Positions 26,021 through 37,386 of a stretch of 64,000 nucleotides of DNA are shown piece after piece. Every line of letters begins with the position of its first letter. Position 1 is the stretch's first letter. The DNA lies in assembly GCA_008632985.1 (NCBI GenBank), contig QPGO01000003.1, forward strand, positions 1 through 64,000, written 5' to 3'. The position numbers and the translations under genes were made by a program. The notes beneath the pieces are model-generated. The model was not told the origin of the DNA and did no database searches. It saw only the letters and a program-made list of their open reading frames with translations. Source of the DNA: Psammoneis japonica (taxonomy: Eukaryota).

Positions 26021-29000
26021 TTACTTTCCTATAGAGCAAGTACAAATGGTGTCTTTCCATTGATCGCTGCACTTGACTGGCCCTCTGCTCGTACAAGTTG
26101 CAACGTCACCTGCGTTGCCTGCTGCCGAGATACAATATCCGCCTTGATTCCTGCAAAAGGCATCGCAGCTGTCACCGTTCAGTTGGACAAAAACGGTACA
26201 CTCCATTTTGCTCTTATCTTCGGAACAAAGGTGTATGCCCCCCTCGTATCCAGTGTTACACAATGATGACGGTTTGAATGACTTCACTGGGCACGAATTG
26301 CAAGTCCTAGGGCAAGCCGCGTAGCCCGTCAGAGTGACCCCCTCAGCATTCTTGCCCGTTACCCGGCAAGAGGATGGCTTAGTCTCCAGGTATTTGCAGT
26401 CCTTTCGAACACGTGTAAAGCTCCATTTTTCGTGACGTAATATTTACCGTGCCAATCTTGGTCGTCGTGACAATCAAGGATTTCAGACGGTCCAATCGCT
26501 GGAGCCGTTGTTGCTATTGAGCTTCGGAGGTTTCCTGGAGACACAGTTGGCGGATCTCCAAGTGAACAGGTGCATATGTTGTCTATCCTTTCAAGATCAC
26601 AGGTTGATGGTCCTCTGCTCGTACAAGTCGCAACATCACCAGCATTTTCTTGTGCGGAAATGCAATATCCGCCTTGTTTCGCGCAAAAGCTATCGCATGT
26701 CTCACCATTCAACATGGCGTAAACGGTGCATTCCATTTTGCTTTCATCTTCGGCGCAAAGGTGTATGCCATTCTTGTGTCCAGCGTTGCACAAATTGACG
26801 GTTTGAACGACGTCACTGGGCACGAATTGCATGCTCTGGGACAAGCCGCGTAGCCCGTCTGAGTGACCCCTTCCGCATTCGGGCCCGAAATCAAGCAAGA
26901 GGATGGATTGGACACCAGGTATTCGCAATTCTTTCGCATGACGTATAGAAGTCCGTTCTTTGTGAAGTAGTAATTTCCCACCCAATCTTTGTTGTTGCTA
27001 CATTCAAGCTCCTTCAGAGCTGTGAGTGCATTTGTTGGAGCAACCGTTTTTGGCTTTTTCGGAGCAGGCGACGGCGAATCAGTTGGTAGCGACGTAGGGA
27101 GGTTCGTTGGTGGTGTAGCGGCAGGCGGTAGCAGCTTAAGCGCCTCCGTTGTTGCAGGAGATGGTGAGTTTGTCGGCCTAAGCGATGGTGCCTTTGTCGG
27201 CGCAAGCGTTGGCGGCGTGCTAGGTTGGTTTGTCGGCACTGGCGTTGGATTAGTTGTCGGTTCAGAGGTAGGTTTCGCTGTGGGAGGATTTGTCGGCACT
27301 TGCGTTGGTTTATTCGTTGGTTTCAAAGTAGGCCCTTCTGTTGGTCTATCGGTTGGGGCGTGCGTAGGTGTCCACGTCGGGAGTTGAGTTGGTGACGTTG
27401 TAGCGGTGTCAACGTAGGAGTCAACGTCGGCGCAGGCGTCAGTGACTTAGATGGTGTCAATGTCGGGTGGTCTGTAGGTGCCCTAGTGAATGGCGCTGAC
27501 GCTTCGGTCGGCATCAGAGAAGGCTGAAATGTTGGAGAGTCAGCAACATCTGATGGTACCTCCGTCTCTTCCGAGAGCCTCGAGAGGCTGCATTTTCCAC
27601 ACGAGGCGGGACAGCCATCGAAGGCTGATACAGAGTTGTTCTCCGCGTCAAGCCCAACAAGTTTGCACCTTGCATCAGGGCTCTTAGCAACAAACTTGCA
27701 CTTTTTCGTTGATCCATTCTTCGCGAAGACCCAATTACTATCGTCACTGCATTCTAATCCATCTTTCTCTGTGTTGTGAGACGTATTTTCACCGGTGAAT
27801 GTAGTAGGTCGTGCTGTTGGCGCTCGAGACGATGGAGCGTATGTCGGGTACGTATTGAGGGGCAACGTTGCTGCCCGTAATGTTGGTGCTGAGGTTTCCA
27901 ACACATCACTTATTGGGCAAGAGCCACACGTGAGTGGACACGCCTCGTATCCAGAAGCATCATTGCCAAACGCATTTTTTCCCATTAGCTTGCATCGTGA
28001 AACAGATTTGGATTTCAAATATCTGCAGGGCTTTCGAACCCCGGATTTGGTAGTGAAGATCCAGAGCTTATCATCAGCACACCCACCCTCCAATGGACGA
28101 TACGGAGTAATCGTTTCCGAGATTTGATTCGTCTCGGAAACAGAAGATAGTGTGGTTGACGAAACCGTTGGCATCAAAGTCACGGGTGCAGCCGGAGCTT
28201 CTGCTTCTACCAGCGAAGAGGGAGACGAACCTTTCGTTTTTATACCAACCCTGACTTTTTCTATGGGTCCGAAATTTCCGCCAGCTTTCTCCAGTTGCCC
28301 GTCAAAGTAAAGCGAGTAGCCCCCATCTCCATACTCGCAACATATTCCATCGTTCTCGCTATCTCGAATGGTAAAGGTGTATTTATCAAGAGGCAAGCAG
28401 AGTCGCGTGATGTAGGTTTTCTCACTACGAAGCCCATTAGCAGATTCAATGACGTCGTTTTTGGAATTCGTTAATTCCCAAGACGTTTCCTCTCCCCATT
28501 CATCCGTCGTCAGATTGAGCATGAAGACCTTTTCATCACAAAGGAACTCGGTCGGTGAAGGTGTTGGAGGTTGGGTATAAAGAGGGTCCTGCTTACAACC
28601 ACCAAGCGCTCCGTCCGAAAGGGGATCTGGAGACTCATCACCGGCTGTGCATCCATCGCGTTTCAAAAGATCGTAGGCTTCCTTTGCTTGAACCATGCCA
28701 AATCCGGACTCGGTGTCACAACCTGATAGTCCTATGTCCTTGGCAGTTCGTATCAGTACGTTTCTGATTTGATGGTTCGTGCATTCTTCAAAATGTAACC
28801 ACAGCAGAGCAGCAATGCCGGCTACATAGGGCGTTGCCATGGAAGTGCCTTTTTAAAAGAGAAATTACGGAGAAAACAATGAGGTCCAGCTTTGAATACT
28901 GTTGAAATCAACTGGTTTATCTGCACTTACCACTCCAGCTATCGTAGCCGTAATGTGTCCCATCGACTTTCGGTACGGTTGATACAATGTCGATTCCAGG

Positions 29001-30071
29001 ACCGGCGATCTCTACTTGGTCGTTGTATTGAGAAAAAGGTGCAATTGCTTCATCCTGTCCAGTTGCAGCTACCGACATAACGGAAGGGAAAGATGCTTGA
29101 AAGGCGTATGATGTGTCGCCTGCATTCCCAGAAGCAGCAATCAATAAAACACCTTCGTCGTATGCGGTTTGGAATGCATTGCGAGCTACGTCACTTGTTT
29201 CGTCTCCTCCAATACTCATACTTATCACCTTGGAACCGGCCGCGATACAACCTTTGAGTGCCTTCAAGACAAGGAATTCAGATCCATCACCCCGCGCGTC
29301 CAAAACTTTTGCAATATGGAAACTGAAGCCTGACATGTTTCGTAGAACACCCGCAACACCAATGTCGTTGTTTCCTAGCGCCCCAATTGTACCAAGACAA
29401 TGTGTGCCGTGGCCATAATCATCCACCCTCCAATCACCAATCCCGGTTTTTGTTCCGGTCACGCCTTCAGTGGGAAGATCCGGATGTCCCAGAGCCATCC
29501 CACTGTCAATAATACAAATCGTCATATTTCCAGTTAGAGAAGCGCTCCTCGGAATGCCCCATATTTGATCCGCTTGCACCATTTTCATGCCATATCCGAC
29601 ATGTTCAAGCACGCGACGGCGTTGCTCTTCCGGTGCGAGTGGTTTCTTGGGACGCTTCTGCGGTTGCAGTGCATGTACTTTGTGATTGAGCTCGACAAAA
29701 TCAATATTAGCATCGTCCAACAAAGTTCTAATTGCTTCTCGGTCGTTCGTCTCGATCGACATAATGGGATGGTGGGGTAGTCTCTTGGATTTGACTCTCG
29801 ACACCTTTCTCGCCAAAGACTTCCCTCTTCCATTTTTGTACTTTACGAACAATGATATTGCCTCGGTCAGTTCCTTGTCATCATCCGCGGCGATTCGAAG
29901 GATCTCATCGCTTCCCGCGGACTCTTTTAGCCACTTCTCTTTGCTCCTTTTTCTAAGCATCGACACGGGAGGATCAGTCTCGCTTGAAGGCAATTGGCAA
30001 TCTGCGACATGCAACATCACGAGTGATAGCACCGCTCCGATCCATGGTGTGCGGAGAAAGAAGAATGCCAT
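26021..30071 (-). CDS. Secreted subtilisin (S8) protease with PT-rich linkers, ShKT-like and Cys-rich C-terminal modules; intron at about 28849-28930
   Basis: Catalytic motifs IIDSG, HGTHCLG and SG|TSMATP (split by the intron). Signal peptide, ACPxTC and DSCDxFCxxQGGxC modules. Confidence 0.9.
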
Positions 30072-30449
30072 GGGCGATTTAAAAAAATAGTTCCGTCAAA
30101 TGAAGAGTAGAGATGAAGAACAGCGGATCTCTGTGTATCGCATCAAGAAAAAGGAGGAGGGCAAATATGAAAAAATTGTGACTATCGAAATCTCAGAAGT
30201 GAGAAAATGTCCCATTTAGAATGACTTGAGCAGTGCCGGCCGAAAGAGCATCAGGCAGGTAGGCAGGGGCAATAATTTGAAACTGTGACTCCTTTTTTCT
30301 ATTATTTGTATCCGTGAGAGTCATCAACCACAGACACTTTGGACATCGAGAGGGTTACTGTAAATCCATTAACTGGTCGCTAACGACGGACCAAATTGCT
30401 CACATCATTGTGTGGCATGCTCTCACAGTTGTTTGATCAAATCTAGAAA

Positions 30450-31700
30450 AGCTTTGCCCATGCAGGCATTGAAATGGGATCTCATTGACTCATGAATCCA
30501 TCTCGCATCCAACGACATCAACTCCTTTTTGTCGCCGTGTTCTCGGCGTCAGTGTTGTGGGCCAAAGGCACAAATCCCTGTGTCGACGAGTGCGGGACAA
30601 AAGAGCGCTTCTGTGGAGAGACATCGTCAGAGTGCACCTTTGCTGTCAACTTGGGTGGTGACAGCTGCAATGACTTTTGTGGGCGACATGGGGGGCGATG
30701 CATCACCACCAAAGCTGCTGGAAGTTCCAGTTGCAACACAAAGGGCGCGAACTCTTGTTCTCATGGCTGCAAAAACAACGCGTGTGTGTGCTCACTTCAA
30801 GACGTCACCAAGGGAGGCAACCAGCCTCCGAAAGAAGAAGAGGCCAAAGTGACTGCTCTAACACCCTGTGTCAAACAGTGTGGTGAAGAAAGTTCACTGT
30901 GCGAAGAAACGTCGCAGCAACGTTCCTTTTGTGTTGTTTTGAAAAAAAGGAGTTGTGGTGACTTTTGCGAACAGCATGGCGGCACTTGCTTGGAAGCGCG
31001 GGTGGCATCGGAAGCTTCCTGCACAGCACGTGAAACCAACTCTGAGATGACTTTTGCGTTTGCACAAGAAACGAAGCGCATGCACCATCTCCCACCCCTG
31101 GTCCTGCACCACTTCCTGCGCCCTCTCCCACGCCGCAGTCACCTCCAGATCCGACTGGGCCACCTGCTCAGCTTCCGACATTTCAGCCAACAGAAAAATC
31201 AATGGATTGTGTCGACGTTCCACAAGGTTGGCATGACCCTGATGGCGAGATCTGCAATTGTGCTTGGCACAGTTTGGATGACAACTGCAAAGAATGAGGA
31301 GATTTCTTTGAAAATTTTGGAGCCACGGCGAGTGCAGCCTGCTGTGGATGCGGTGGAGGGAACCTTCTGTCAGTCGATGGGATTGCACAAACGCCATCCC
31401 CGACGCCACGGCCTTCGCCACTGCCGACAAGCAGCCCTGCCCTCTCTCCCACTGCAGCTGCACCAACAGCCAAGCCGACCGACTGCCCTGCCATGGAATC
31501 AACAGCCAAGCCGACGAAAGGACCAACACGGGTTCCAACGAAGGCGCCCTCATCCAATCCGACTGAATTCCCAACCCTGGAGCCATCAGCCAAGCCGACG
31601 CGAGGTCCAACACGAGTTCCGACATTGCCTCCCACGAGTTCAACTGTTTCACCGACACCAGTGCCAACGCTTGCTTTGACAACGCGTCCAACCTCGACCC
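30450..31700. other. TpA-free domain C covering the 5' half of the M64 gene (CpG retained)
   Basis: One TA (30859) seen in about 1250 bp. Confidence 0.95.
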
Positions 31701-33365
31701 CTACGAAGGGTCCGACTTTGACGCCATCAAATCCTCCTACTGCTCAAACACATGATCCGACGGTGCGTCCGACTTTAGCCCCAACTCTTTTGCCAACCGC
31801 AACGCAAACAACCAATCCTACAGTGAATCCCACACAGTCCCCTTTAGCATCAGCAACATCATCTCCGACCCAGAGATTGACGCCAGTTCCGAGTAGGAGA
31901 CCAACAGCCTTCTCATCAAACAATGACCCTCCCCGCGCTTATACGGCGTATCCCACTCTTGCGCCAACAAATGCACCCACGATCCTGATACCAATGGACG
32001 CCGGTGACGACGATATAAAAGGACAGGGTTCTTCAGAACCAGGATCCTTGAGTGTTGGTAGGGCGTGCTCGAAAAGTAATCAATGCAAGTCATCGACTTG
32101 TCGAAGTGGCGTTTGTATGGCGTCGCCGGCTTGCTATCCAATCAAACACACGTTTGGGAATCCATTCCACAAGAATAGATCAACATTGTGTTTGTTCCAT
32201 CCGCATTCGCTTCATTTGGTCATGATGCTTGGCATGATCACGTCAATAAGACATATGGATTCATGCAAAACTACAACATGTTTGCAGAAGATATCGACGA
32301 GCTCAACGTTTTTAGGGTGGATCCTTTGAATCTCGATGAGTCATTTTGTGCATTGGGATGTCAGGGATTCGACCGACTCTTGTGCTGCGACGTAAAACGT
32401 ACCCATGCGTTGGCCAGCAAGTGCTTCCCTGTCGGACCTAATCTTCAAACTGCTGTCATTCATAGCTCAAGGCAATATGGTGGTGCAGGATACACTAACG
32501 CAAACATTGCTACGGCGACAATGCATCCTGCCGCCCTCTCGTATTAGTACATGAGCTTGGTCACTCGCTCTTTGAGTTGACCGATGAGTACTCGTACGGA
32601 GAAGGAAGTGCCTTTGAGGCAAATTGTGATTCTAGCAGATCTTGCGAGAAATGGTCAGACCTCATGGAGGAAAATTACAGACCGAAAGGTTACGAAAGAG
32701 TGAAATGCATTCCAGGATGTGAGGATGGGTACTACTTTGTTGGAGGCAAGACATTCATGAATGACTTGAGCGCTCCCGTTGGAGCGGTCAATGAACGGTT
32801 TAGTTGCTGTACATACTTGCGTTGACGAAAAAGTTCCCTTCCTACTGTGATGTTTTTGATCCGTCCCCAAACTATCTCTTGAACTATTGCAAGAAGGATT
32901 ACCAAAACTATGGTGCCTCAAGCTACGAAAGTGAAGAGGTCCTTGCCATACCGGGGTACACAAACAATGACAAGGCCGACGCTAAATACATGAGAGTGGT
33001 AGATCCAGCAATGGTGACAATTACATCCACAACAAAGCGCTCGGGGTCACGGTATTCCGAACAAAAACATCTCAATTAGAAACTGGAATCTTTCCTACGT
33101 CTCAGGTCAAAGGCGACTTTGTTAATCCAAGAGCCGCAATGAAACAAGGAGTAGATTCCTTGTTGAAAGTCTTGGTCTTTTATACAAGAGGAAAAGACAC
33201 GCTGTTTTTTCAAGAAAAATAACCATTGAAATACCCCCGCCTCCTCCCAACAGCACAACATTACAAGGAGTCCCTCACAGTGTTTCCGATGAACCCAATG
33301 TTTTCGAGTTGGTCTTGGACACCAAAGGACGGGCTGTAAAGAAGATTCGTGTCAAGGCAATCTGA
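30492..33365 (+). CDS. Secreted Cys-rich / PT-repeat / peptidase M64-like metalloprotease; 5' half eroded, possibly a pseudogene
   Basis: YGGAG and HELGHS...LTDEY motifs. Paralog of 41442-45005. In-frame TGA near 31295. Confidence 0.75.
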
Positions 33366-34280
33366 ACGACTTTATTTGACCACTGGAGTATGCTAATATT
33401 ACACGAGACCACCGCCTTTTGTCGAAAAGCAAAACGATGGAGGCTTCTTTTCCGGTTCAAGAAACGAGTTCTGTTCAAAATACAAAACACCCGCAAAATG
33501 TTGAGATTTCACTTTTGCCTCCTCACAAATTCTAGCAATGGACACAGAAAGACAACAAACTAAAATGGAATCATGCAAGGTCCATAAGCAAGACAAGGTT
33601 GATTGTATCATCAAGACTCTACTAGCCGCGGTTCAAACGCACTTTTCAACAAATTATTTTATAAGCTCGGACAGTAGTATAATGTAGCCACTGTGAGAAT
33701 TGATTGAGCCATATATTCACTCGCCACACTTGGGTATAACTTTACAATAATAGTGTTCAAAGTACCGTAGCAACATGCTTGGGCTCACAGTCAACGGATT
33801 CCAAGTAAGTGCTTTCGCAGTGCGGCCTTTTTTGCGTCGCAAGAGATCAAGATCCACCATATGACACCTGTGCATGTTGTCCTTCACAATCAAAACGGCC
33901 TCTTGCTCGTCAAGAATATAAACAAACAGCCCCATTTACTCGCTCTTTGTGTTGCTGAGGCCAAACGTTGTTGTCGTCGAGTGTGTCACACAAGGGAAAA
34001 GTGGGAAAAAAGTGTGTAATCAAGTGTGTATTAATAAAACGCTTTACGCGCCAAAATGTATCTTTTGCATGCCTCTAGAGAGGGAGAGAAAAAGTACAAA
34101 GCCACAGTAGTCGATCTAGAATGTTTTGTAACTATCAAGCCTAGCACACCTACCAACTCGTAGAAACAAAGTACTTCACGATTCTACTAAAATCCATCCT
34201 ATTCATGTCCTACCTTGAGCATACAAACCAACCAAAAACAACACAAGTCACACTCCAATCAACTCTCTTCCAACAATCTT

Positions 34281-35151
34281 TTACTTGGTATCAATTCCAA
34301 GCAACAAATTCGTCCCACCACCGTTTCCACTCGACCACTCGCTCCTCCTCCACTGCTACTTCCACTGGGCAAGTAGACAATATTCCTCGAATTGGCCAAT
34401 TTGCCTGCAATTTCCTTGGCGGCATCAATACGACGCACTTCCACAATGGCATTGCCCGTCTTTTCCATGGCACTTGTAATGATTTGTGCCGCTTCGGCTT
34501 CCCCTTCGGCACGCGTCACAACGGCTTGACGTTCTTGTTCGGCACGTTTGACAACCCACTGTTGTCGTTCGGCTTCTTGTGATGCCACCTGTTTGGCTTC
34601 AATGGCACGCATAAATTCGACACCAAATGTCAAATGCGTAATGGCAACATCATCAAACTGTAAATGAAAATTCTTGGCTCTCTTGATCATTTCACCCTTG
34701 ATGCGTTCCGAGACCTCGTGACGTTTGCTCAACAACTCTTCGGCATTGTACTGGGCCACGACACTTTCAAAACTTCATTGCCGATACTCGGCAAGACACG
34801 TTCATCAAAGTCAACACCCAACTCTCTATAAAGACGTGGCAACTCTTCCACGACGGGTCTCCATAATACCCTCAATTTGATGTTTACCATTTGCAAATCC
34901 TTGGTACCCGTCACAGAGGGAATTTCACGGGGTTTCGTACGGACATCCATGACAATGGGACGTTGAATGACGGGCACCATAAAATGGGTGCCTTCGCCAA
35001 TCACATGAGGACGGATACCACCCTGGAGTGTATCAAACATGACGGCACGTTCCCCGCCATCGACATTGTAGATACAAGAATTGACGGTAAAAGCACCGAC
35101 GGCCAGTGCACCCGACATGGTTCCGAGAGAACGTAAAATCTTGTCCGACAT
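34281..35151 (-). CDS. PHB1: Prohibitin 1 (SPFH family)
   Basis: YNVDGGERAVMFD, GEGTHF, TGTKDLQMVNI, DERVLPSIGNEVLK and AIEAKQVA. Confidence 0.95.
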
Positions 35152-35391
35152 GGTGCTAGTAGTAGTATGTTTGTTTGTTTCGAGTATAGTAGAACGATTA
35201 GAAGACGAACAACAGTGTGTACAACAGCACCAACAAACAAAGAGCCTCTCTTGGTGCTGACGCTGTGAACTGAGATTTTCGATCTTTTTCCACCTGCTTC
35301 CGACAACGTACATTTCTACGTGCTTCTGGTTGTCGTTCCAAACGTGTGGTGGATTGATTCTTCTCTGTTTGACTCGAACGGGCGACCGACC

Positions 35392-35480
35392 GACAGTCAG
35401 ACAGACAGACAGTCAGACAGACAGTCAGACAGACAGTCAGACAGACAGTCAGTCAGACAGTCAGACAGACAGTCAGACAC
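35392..35480 (+). repeat. 12-bp microsatellite (CAGTCAGACAGA)n
   Basis: About 7 units, directly visible. Confidence 0.95.
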
Positions 35481-36646
35481 GCACACCGACCTGCCATGCA
35501 TTGCATGTGCGTGTTCTTCACATCATGACAACACACAAAAAAGGGGTGAGCCGCAGCAGAGGCCCTCTGATGCTGTGCAGGTTGTTTGTCTCCAAACAAG
35601 AAGCAAAAGTGCCCAAACACCTCCTCCTCCTCCTTCTCTTCTTTTGTTGCCAGAGACTCTGCTTTTTGCGTTGCTCTGTGGTGGTGTGGCCAACTCTCCC
35701 GCTTTGTTTTGCAAAAGAGCATGCACAGCCACACTTGTTTTGCAACAAGATTTTTTTTTGCTGGACACATGTTGTTTTTGGCAGGTGACTTGGTTTTTTT
35801 TCAGACACTGCCCCAAACTTTGAGTGCTGCTGGCGCTGCCACACACTGGTGCTTGGCTCTCTCTCTCTGCACAGCAGGTTCTCTTGCCTTCTTCTTGCAC
35901 ACCACCACACACACACACAGGGCAGCCCAAAACATGATCAAATTGACAATGCAGCAAGAAGCAACAACGTCAACAAGAAAATGTTCAGCACACATCACAC
36001 GCAGCAGCAGGTGGCAGCAAAGCGGCGCTTTTCTGAGATGGTGTGCGTGAATTTCACAATTGAGCATGTGCACATGGGGTGATGTTTGCACAACAAATGT
36101 TGTGTCCAAGCAGTGCACAAATGTGAAATGACAACATTGGCACTGTCATGTGTGTGATGGGATTTTGGTTTGAGGTGGGGAGCAATGCACCAGACTTGGT
36201 CAATCATGGGGGGGGGGGCTGTGTGTCAAAAAGAGCTGGTGTGTTGCAAGTTTGTGAGCCAAATTGTCAAAATGCTGTGTCACGAACAAGCCCCAAACAC
36301 ACACTGTGTTTGTGTGCCATCATGTGAGATGTCCCATGTCTGACTGGATGTTTGTGTCCCCAATCATGTTGGCCAGCTGCACAACTGGCATGCAAGAAGA
36401 CTGCGCTCAAAACTGAGTTGCAGCATGATGATGCAAAAATGTGCACACAGCTGAAATCCCATCAACACCCATTTTGTTGGAAGGAGCCACACCCCACACT
36501 GGACTTGGCAAAGAAAGTGATGGAAGATCAAGAAAGTTAAAGGAGACACACACTGGAGAGCGCCAGACATGATGGGATGAAAGGGTGGCACAGCACTTGC
36601 ACACAAGCCAAGAGGTGGCACAGTGCTTGCACAATCCACAATGCAG

Positions 36647-36661
36647 GGCAGCAGCAGCAGC

Positions 36662-36694
<33 letters not shown>
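36647..36694 (+). repeat. (CAG)n microsatellite with one CGG interruption
   Basis: Directly visible. Confidence 0.95.
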
Positions 36695-36695
<1 letters not shown>

Positions 36696-37386
36696 CCAAC
36701 CACAATGCCAAACACACAGAGCTTGTGAGGCAACAAACTGAGAACCGCAACAAGCAGTGGTCTTGGCAGCAACTTGCTTCTTTTGGAGAACAGGCCAACA
36801 TGGCCAATCAGAAACTTGTTGAGGAACAGAGTGCAGAGTTCTTGCTCATCAGCTGGCTTATGTGAAACTTGTGGCTCTAGATTTCCCCTAAGTCATTTTA
36901 TTTTCAGAAGATGTCCATAACGGCTTAAGGGCTTATCAGTGTGGACCCTCATGACTGGTTGAGTGACTGCAACATTGATTATTTAGTAACGCTTCAATTT
37001 TTATAATATTTCGTCGGACTCTCGACATCAGCTGTCCAAAGAAATTCTGTCTTCCAGTGAGGGCCTACCATAGTACACATAAGACGTGCGCACAGAAAAC
37101 AACATACGGGCTGATTGACAGACTGCTTCAGTAAGATTTCTACATATTATTCTTTGGACAGCCGCTGTCCAGAGTCTGCCCCCCCCCAGCGAGCATGGGT
37201 TTTTGTGCGGTCCGTGAGTCCGTGATTTTTTTGGGAATTGTCATGCAAAAAAATAGATACTGTAATGTCTAATGTCATCTTTTCGCGGTTAGTTCAAGGC
37301 TCAGTGCAAGGAATAAACCAATAAGCAAGGACACTCCCTCTGTGATACAACAACTCACTGCATGACACAATACTCAGAGTGCAGCC

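Larger units (their letters stand above)
35325..36855. other. TpA-depleted domain D (probable decayed TE)
   Basis: About 1 TA in 1.5 kb, with CG also reduced. Confidence 0.9.
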
